The position numbers were made by a program, and so were the translations under genes. Below the pieces are notes generated by a model that did no database searches, had not been told where the DNA came from, and worked only from the letters and a program-made list of their open reading frames with translations. Positions 57,259 to 64,000 of a DNA stretch of 64,000 bases are shown here, one piece after another. Within the stretch, counting starts at the first letter, position 1; the number at the start of each line of letters is the position of its first letter. Source of the stretch: Octopus vulgaris (taxonomy: Eukaryota); contig OX597814.1 in NCBI GenBank assembly GCA_951406725.2, forward strand, positions 85,560,001-85,624,000, written 5' to 3'.

Positions 57259-57305
<47 letters not shown>

Positions 57306-57781
57306 AATTGAGATAGGGGTTGTAAATGCAACCCTCCATGGGATAACATATATCCAATATTCTGCTAGTGAAGTACCCAACAAAGTTAATACATAAATGT
57401 TAAGGATTGCGATGCAATCAATTCATTTACTGTATTATATGGGCGAGCGCGTCCGAGCATGTGCATCAATGTGTGCACTCTCGCGCGCTGCGCTTGCGGA
57501 CATTCACGTGTACTTGTAAGCGTGTTCTGGTGTGCATCTCGGTGATCGTGCGTGCGGGAGGGACGTGTGCGTGTGGGCCCGGCCATGAATTCGCGTGTCC
57601 GTGCGAGGGCGTGCATGCTCATGTATGTGCATATGGGTGCATTTCGGCGTATCCACTTATATTTACTATATTAGGTTTATCCTTGTGCTCTTCTTAATTT
57701 GTATTCCATTTTATTAATCTATTTATCTATACATGGATATATATATATATATATAATAAATAATTAAATAAATGAATATAA

Positions 57782-57852
<71 letters not shown>

Positions 57853-58993
57853 ATATTTATTTATTTAATTATTTATTTTTGTTTATTTGGCTCTTACTAA
57901 CTTATAATTAATTTAATTTAATTTGTAATTAATGAACTTATATCTAAGTTAATAGTAACTTCTGTTTACTTTTTGTGTATGTATATATACGTCTTTGGAT
58001 GGGCAGACATATATTTTTAATTTATGATTTAGTGGATGTGGGTTGAGGTGTCGAGGTGTGTGAAAATGTGTATGTGTACGTATGTATGTTTTTATACGTA
58101 TAGGTATGTTCGTGGGTGGATGTACGGATGTATGTTTTTCTTATACATATGAGTACGCAGGTGCGTATTTGGATATGTATATATGTATATGCAAATATTT
58201 ATTTATGGGTGGATATAAGTATAGGTTTTATTTGTACGTATGAGTGCGCAGACATATATTTAAATATGTATATATTTGTGTGCGAATGCTCCTTGATACA
58301 GTATATGAGGTTGTATTAATATCTATGAGTATATGCAGATGTGCGTGTGAGTGTGTGTGTTAGTGTATAGACACTGCGGCCTGTACTGATTTGTCTATAA
58401 GCCATGCGATGACAGACATGCACTCTGCAATCTAGTGATTGTGTAACGATGTGTCGGGGTTTACTCATGTGTGTGTGCATGTGTGTGTGGGTCTTTATGT
58501 GGACGTGTGGGTTTAGGGTTGGATGTGGATGTGTATGTTTTTCTTGTGCGGTGTGGGGGCTCTCAACGGACCAACCATGAGGAAGACAATGATAATTTAA
58601 ATTCAAATCCAATAGTGTATTTATGTCATAAGGAAAATTACTAAATGGAACCTGGACATACATATGTGCCACTTTGGATCCTAACGTAAGCGATATTAAC
58701 AATATTATGAATGATAATGATGGTAGCATTAATGGTATTGACAACGATAACGATGCTAACTTTAATGACACTTTGGAAATTAGTAGGAAGTAATATAATG
58801 TACTATTGACTATGTATATTTGCATCTAGGTACTAATATGTGTATGTTTATTATCACAATATTAAGTTGTAAAACTGAAACATTGAATGTGGAACATATA
58901 TATTTACTAATTTATATTATTTATTTACATTATTATGTATATGTATATTTTTATATGTATAGGAGTGTGAGTATATGCACTCATTTGTATATG

Positions 58994-59126
58994 TATATCT
59001 CCGAAGAGGCCTTATGATACTTTTGTAAATGTATCATTTATATCCATATATTGACCTACCATAAAAGGCTAATATTGGTAAAATGAGACATACTTATCTA
59101 CATGGCCGAAACAGCTGTAAGATGTA
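58994..59126 (+). ncRNA. type I hammerhead ribozyme with ~90-nt stem II insertion
   Basis: tatatct-CCGAAGA-ggcc-[92 nt]-ggcc-GAAAC-agct-GTA-agatgta. aataaa at about 59298 and (TA)n at about 59372. Confidence 0.78.
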
Positions 59127-59409
59127 ATCTATACTTATATTTATATTTACTTATATTTATATTCTCTTTTTTATATATATTCTACTTATTATACAACATT
59201 ACTCTTTTATGTACACTTTTTTATGTACATTCCTTTGTGTACACTGATTTGTGCTGCTTTTTTATGTTTAACCCTACAGTCTCTTATGTGGTGGTTTAAT
59301 AAAGTATGTGATTGAGTATTATCTGGTAATTGATATTTGATTTAGATGTATTTCTCCATTTTCTAATTTTGTATATATATATATAGTGAGATTTTACAAA
59401 AAAAAAAAA

Positions 59410-59505
59410 AAAAACCAAGACGGGTGTGTAAACAACAAACAGATGTATTAGTTTAACGCTCGGTAAGTGAGAAAGTCTTTTACGTTTCGAGCCTACGCTC
59501 TTCGT
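59410..59505 (-). mobile_element. PLE-like 3' tip with partial hammerhead
   Basis: Minus strand cgaa-gagc-gtag-gctc-GAAAC-GTA. The downstream cgttaaac.aataca motif is shared with the Neptune-type end at about 33430. Confidence 0.5.
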
Positions 59506-60094
59506 GCTCTTACAAACCATACTGCTTCTGTTGTTGTCAATGTGGTTGTTTTTGGAGTTGTTGGTAGCGTTGTTGCGTCATTGCTACAAAATTAACCATT
59601 ACTGAAACCCACCTGATGCGCTTGTCTTTCATCCCAAAGTGTTTTTCTTTTAAATTTTGCTATGTCTGAACTTTATCTCGATCCTGCATAAAGCACTCAA
59701 TTCGTTCCTTCCTGCACAACTACAATTCCTCGGAACTCACTGGGACTCCCCGTTACTCCATATTGTTGAAAGTTTCCTGTTTGAGTTTCAACCCGTGAAA
59801 CTTCGAACTGAGCATTAAATGCACAATGAAGCACAAGATTTCTCTGTTCAGGAGACGTTTGCCACGAAGTTTGCCACTTGAAGCAAGTTGATCTTGGCTC
59901 ATGTTATGTTGAGCGTGCCACCGCAGACTGATTTTATTTAATCTTGTCTTGCTGAAGTCACCAGTTTTCTTAACTCTGCCAGTATACGAATCTTTTACTT
60001 GTACAATTCTAGTTCTGAAAATCTCTTCATACTATCACAAGGATGGGAGGTTTACAATTTTTGTGGTTCTTTGATTCCTTTCGTAAATATGTTC

Positions 60095-60630
60095 ACTGTG
60101 TGGTTAAGAAGCTTCTTTTGCAACTATGTGGTTCCTAATTCAGTTTAACTGCACGGTATTTTGAGGAAGTGTCCTGTACTATAGACATGGGCCGACCAAT
60201 GCCTTGTGGATGAATTTGGCTGATGGAAACTGTGTAGAAGCCCGTCGTATGTGTGTGTGTGTTTGTGCTTGTTCCGCATCACCACCACCTGTTGAGATCC
60301 GGTGCTGGTATGTTAATCTTTTTTCACTACTTTCATGGATTTCCATGACTCTGTCGCTATCCGATTCCCTTATTATGAATTTGAATTGGGAGCTTGAGTC
60401 ATAGTGGATCTTTCATTGGCTGATTACACAGTCGTCACTCCGTTAGGTATTTTCAAAATACCCGTATATATATGTTTACGTCTTCGTAACTAACCGGTTC
60501 GGCATAAGGGACCGATAAAATAGGTACTAGACTTTGAAAAATAAGTCCTGGAATCGATTTGTTCGACTAAACCCTTTAAGGAGGTGCCCAGCATGTCTGC
60601 AGTCCAATGACTGAAACAAGTAAACGATAA
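60095..60630 (+). mobile_element. decayed SINE family A interrupted by the 28215-type repeat
   Basis: 5' part at 60095-60315 and 3' part at 60490-60630. Confidence 0.7.
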
Positions 60631-61699
60631 AAGATTAAAGATTAAAAGTAACCTCAGCATTTCTAAATAGCTAAGCGTGATGCCCACAGGAGAACAGAAA
60701 CAATACCGTACCGTAAGTAGGATTAGAACTTGAAATGTCTTCTCGAAATATCGGCATCTACTAAGCATCTCAATTTTTTAGTAGCTTAGTAGCTAGGTTC
60801 TTTAGTTTCATCACCTCCAGACAAAGAAGTGGCTTCACTCTCTGATTTAGCAACGTGGTTGTCGTGATCTGGATTATAGCACCACATGGTAATTACATGA
60901 CCTGAAAGAAGCAGACGTTTTGTGTTATCTCTGTGTATTAGACTTGAACAATTACGTTCTGAGGATGGCTCTCGTCTTAATTAATAAAACTTAGAATCCT
61001 TCACAATATCCTTGAAACTTTATCCAATCTCACCGACCCATTCTGTATGGTCAAATTGTAGATATTTGAGCTGATAACACGTCCTTTCTTTCCTTTTATT
61101 TTGCTTGTGATCGATCTTTCTAAAAGCAGATCGGCACTGTTCTTGAACATTATCCCTCCAGTTAGTAAGTCGACTTTTATTTAGCTGCTACTAGTGAGAC
61201 TAGCTTTGACTAATGGCACTAATCAAAAGCTCTTCCTAACACTAATTGGTAATGGAGGGAGTGGGACAGAAGATATGTCACTAATGGTCAATTGGTAGCT
61301 TATTAATAACTAGTCGTTTTGTATCTGCTGGATGATGAATCAGGGAATCTCTTTTGGGACTAATTTGACCCCAAAATCTCCATACATAACTGAAAAGTCG
61401 TTGCTACAAAACTCCACTACTACACTTGCAGTTCAACCCCAACCATCACCCTAGCATACAATCTACTTTCCACCACTTTTAGTCTCGTACTAATCACAGC
61501 CCAGTATATAACCCCCATTCTCTCTATTACCACCACCTCTGTATTTGCTTGTAGTAGCTACTAAGAATTTTTCCTCGTACTTGCATCCATCACGATTAAC
61601 AGTGCAATTCTTATAGACATCTGTCTCTCACCTCCACTAATAACTAAACGTACTATCCTCTACTCATGATATTCTCTACTCCTACTAGTATTTGCATGG

Positions 61700-61915
61700 T
61701 ACAGGCAAGCTGGCAGAATCGGTAGCACGTCGGACAAAATGCTTAGTGGCATTTCGTCCGTTTTTACGTACCGAGTTCAAATTCCATCGAGTTCGACTTT
61801 GTCTTTCATCCTTCGGGGTTGATGAAATATGTATCAGTTGAGTACTGGGGGTCAATGTCATTGACTAGGCTTCTGCCCCCAAAATTCAGACCGTCTGCGT
61901 ATGGTAGAAATGATT
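61700..61915 (+). mobile_element. SINE family B
   Basis: gctggcagaatcggtagcacg...ccgagttcaaattcc...cgactttgtctttcatccttcgggg. Confidence 0.8.
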
Positions 61916-63005
61916 ACACACGCAACAATCACAACTCACCTATCAACCCACTTACTTACTTACTTACTTATTTACTTACTTACTGTACCTACCAACCTAC
62001 CTACCTACCAGCCTACCTACCTATCTACCAACCAACCTATTTATTTATCCTCCTACCCCTACCACTACTAACAAGAGAGCTTGCAATGCTAGCCACCTAC
62101 CATCTCTCTTCATAAATACTAGCACTACAACAATACCAAATACCCACCTACCCTCCACCAGCATCACCACCACCACAACCACTTCCGACTGCACTAACCA
62201 CACAAATAATCTCTTGTCTCCTTCCTTATACACTTATTTGTTTCTCCACGTGCAGCCCTTGCCCATCAATCCATCAGTCTTAGGTAAAGCTAATATGGTT
62301 TCAAGGATATCTGAGTCCCTGCCAGCTCTGCTTGAAATAATTCTGTAATTTTTGGTGTCCATAGCTAATTACCAGTTTCATTCCACAATACTAGCACCAT
62401 TAAATTCTCTAGTGACCATTCTTATATTTCGTTTGGTCAATGATCAACAATGTTAGTATATTGTGGCCAAATTCTAATGTAGGCTGAAGAATGAAGACCA
62501 ATGTATGACGGAAAAGACTTTTACGCACCAACAGCACTCTACAGACAATACATTCACTAAACCTGTTTCATTCTTTTGAGACAGTAAGGTTTTTAGTATG
62601 CTCAATATGAAGCAAATATACATGAAAGACTTCTTTATTGCTTAGTTGCTGGACTTTCTACTGTAAGCCTGTCAAAGGAGTTTAGTAAATTATTATCTAA
62701 GGGAATGGATCCTTTTCTTTCAGAATACCTGATTTCTTCATTAGCAATTTAGTAGAGCTATTTTATTATTTCTTATGAACTGTCGTCTCTCATAGCTACT
62801 TTCTTTGGTAATTAATACAAATTTACTAGCATTAATCTAGACTAACATTCCATATTTTTTACGCGTGACTGTACAGTGGAAAAATTATGGAGCTACACAT
62901 TTACAAGGATTTTTTTTCTTTAGCAAAACAGCTTTTCATATATCCATCTTGTTCAAATTTCCATACCGAGTTCATTTTGAGAGGCAGTATTCCTGCTCTA
63001 ATCCT

Positions 63006-63172
63006 CATACATACATACATACATACATACATACATACATACATACATACATACATACATACATTCATACATATATACATACATACATACATACATACAT
63101 ACATACATACATACATACATACATACATACACACACACACATACATATAGATAGATAGATATAGATAGATAT
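63006..63172. repeat. (CATA)n plus (TAGA)n microsatellite
   Basis: Seen directly. Confidence 0.95.
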
Positions 63173-64000
63173 ATTGCTTATAATTAGTTAGTAATTAGTG
63201 AAAATGCTTTGGATATACTTTAATAGTACTGGGATGTTTTTTTTTAGTTTTGGTGTTTCTGTAATTACCGCAAAGTTTATTACGACTGAACCTATCAAAC
63301 ACAAGCAACAGTTCGACGAATGAACAGAATACGTTCTGGAATTTCATCAGACTAAAAGAGGAAGTTTGAAGTGTTCAAAGTGGAATGGTAAAGAATAAAT
63401 ATAATTTCACAATTACTATCTCCATTTTCTCTTAATCTTTATAATTTTAGTTGTATGCGAATGGTATTCCGTGTAAGATTGTTAGCATAGAAGAGTGTTT
63501 GACATAAGCGGAACATTTGTAGGGAGAATGTCTTCATTGGATTTTTCTTTGGCCGATTCATTTTGATAGGGTCTGTTTACTTGACTTTTCATTGCCAGAG
63601 GTATTCTGTTCTGGGTGATCAACGTACTAATGTATAATCAACGTTGTGTGACTAATTTCCATTATTTTTCATTAACAAATAAAACACGCAATAGAAGGGT
63701 CCTACTCAAGAGAAATTCAGTTTTATAAGACAGCACTACTTAACATGGTTAACATCACGACACTCTGCTATCCCGAGGGTATAATAGGCTGAACATAGAA
63801 GCTATTGTTTTATTGCAGCTAAAAGTTGCACGCAGTCATATGCTATATTAAAAAAAATATTAGCCACACATTTGACATAACACCATTTATTTTAGTTAAC
63901 TACTTTTTCCTTTTACTCTTTATCCTCTCATGTATTCTCTCCCAAAACTTCTTTCGCACTTTCTTAATTATCACCTACCTATTTGTATTTTTTCTGGTAT

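Overview
Repeat-saturated, apparently intergenic or intronic eukaryotic DNA. The SINE families, microsatellite load and retroelements fit a coleoid cephalopod, most likely Octopus; this is an inference. No host protein-coding gene can be supported, and nearly all predicted ORFs are microsatellite artefacts. The window holds three tRNA-derived SINE families, CR1/L2 remnants, four mariner remnants, a MITE and R4/Dong-like retrotransposon ends sitting in (CATA)n tracts. The dominant signal is a Penelope-like element (PLE) system. (1) A young 2.87-kb head-to-head foldback of a Naiad-type PLE (RT YKDD + GIY-YIG; 1331-bp arms) lies between (TA)n tracts. (2) Several smaller two-armed or foldback inserts repeat the same geometry in (TA)n. 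(3) Eight complete type I hammerhead ribozyme motifs can be read by eye, plus degenerate ones; two of the eight are the mirror pair in the foldback. Most have palindromic stem III loops, one caps a ~140-nt hairpin and one sits in a ~160-bp non-coding mini-element. All structure calls are manual and need computational confirmation.
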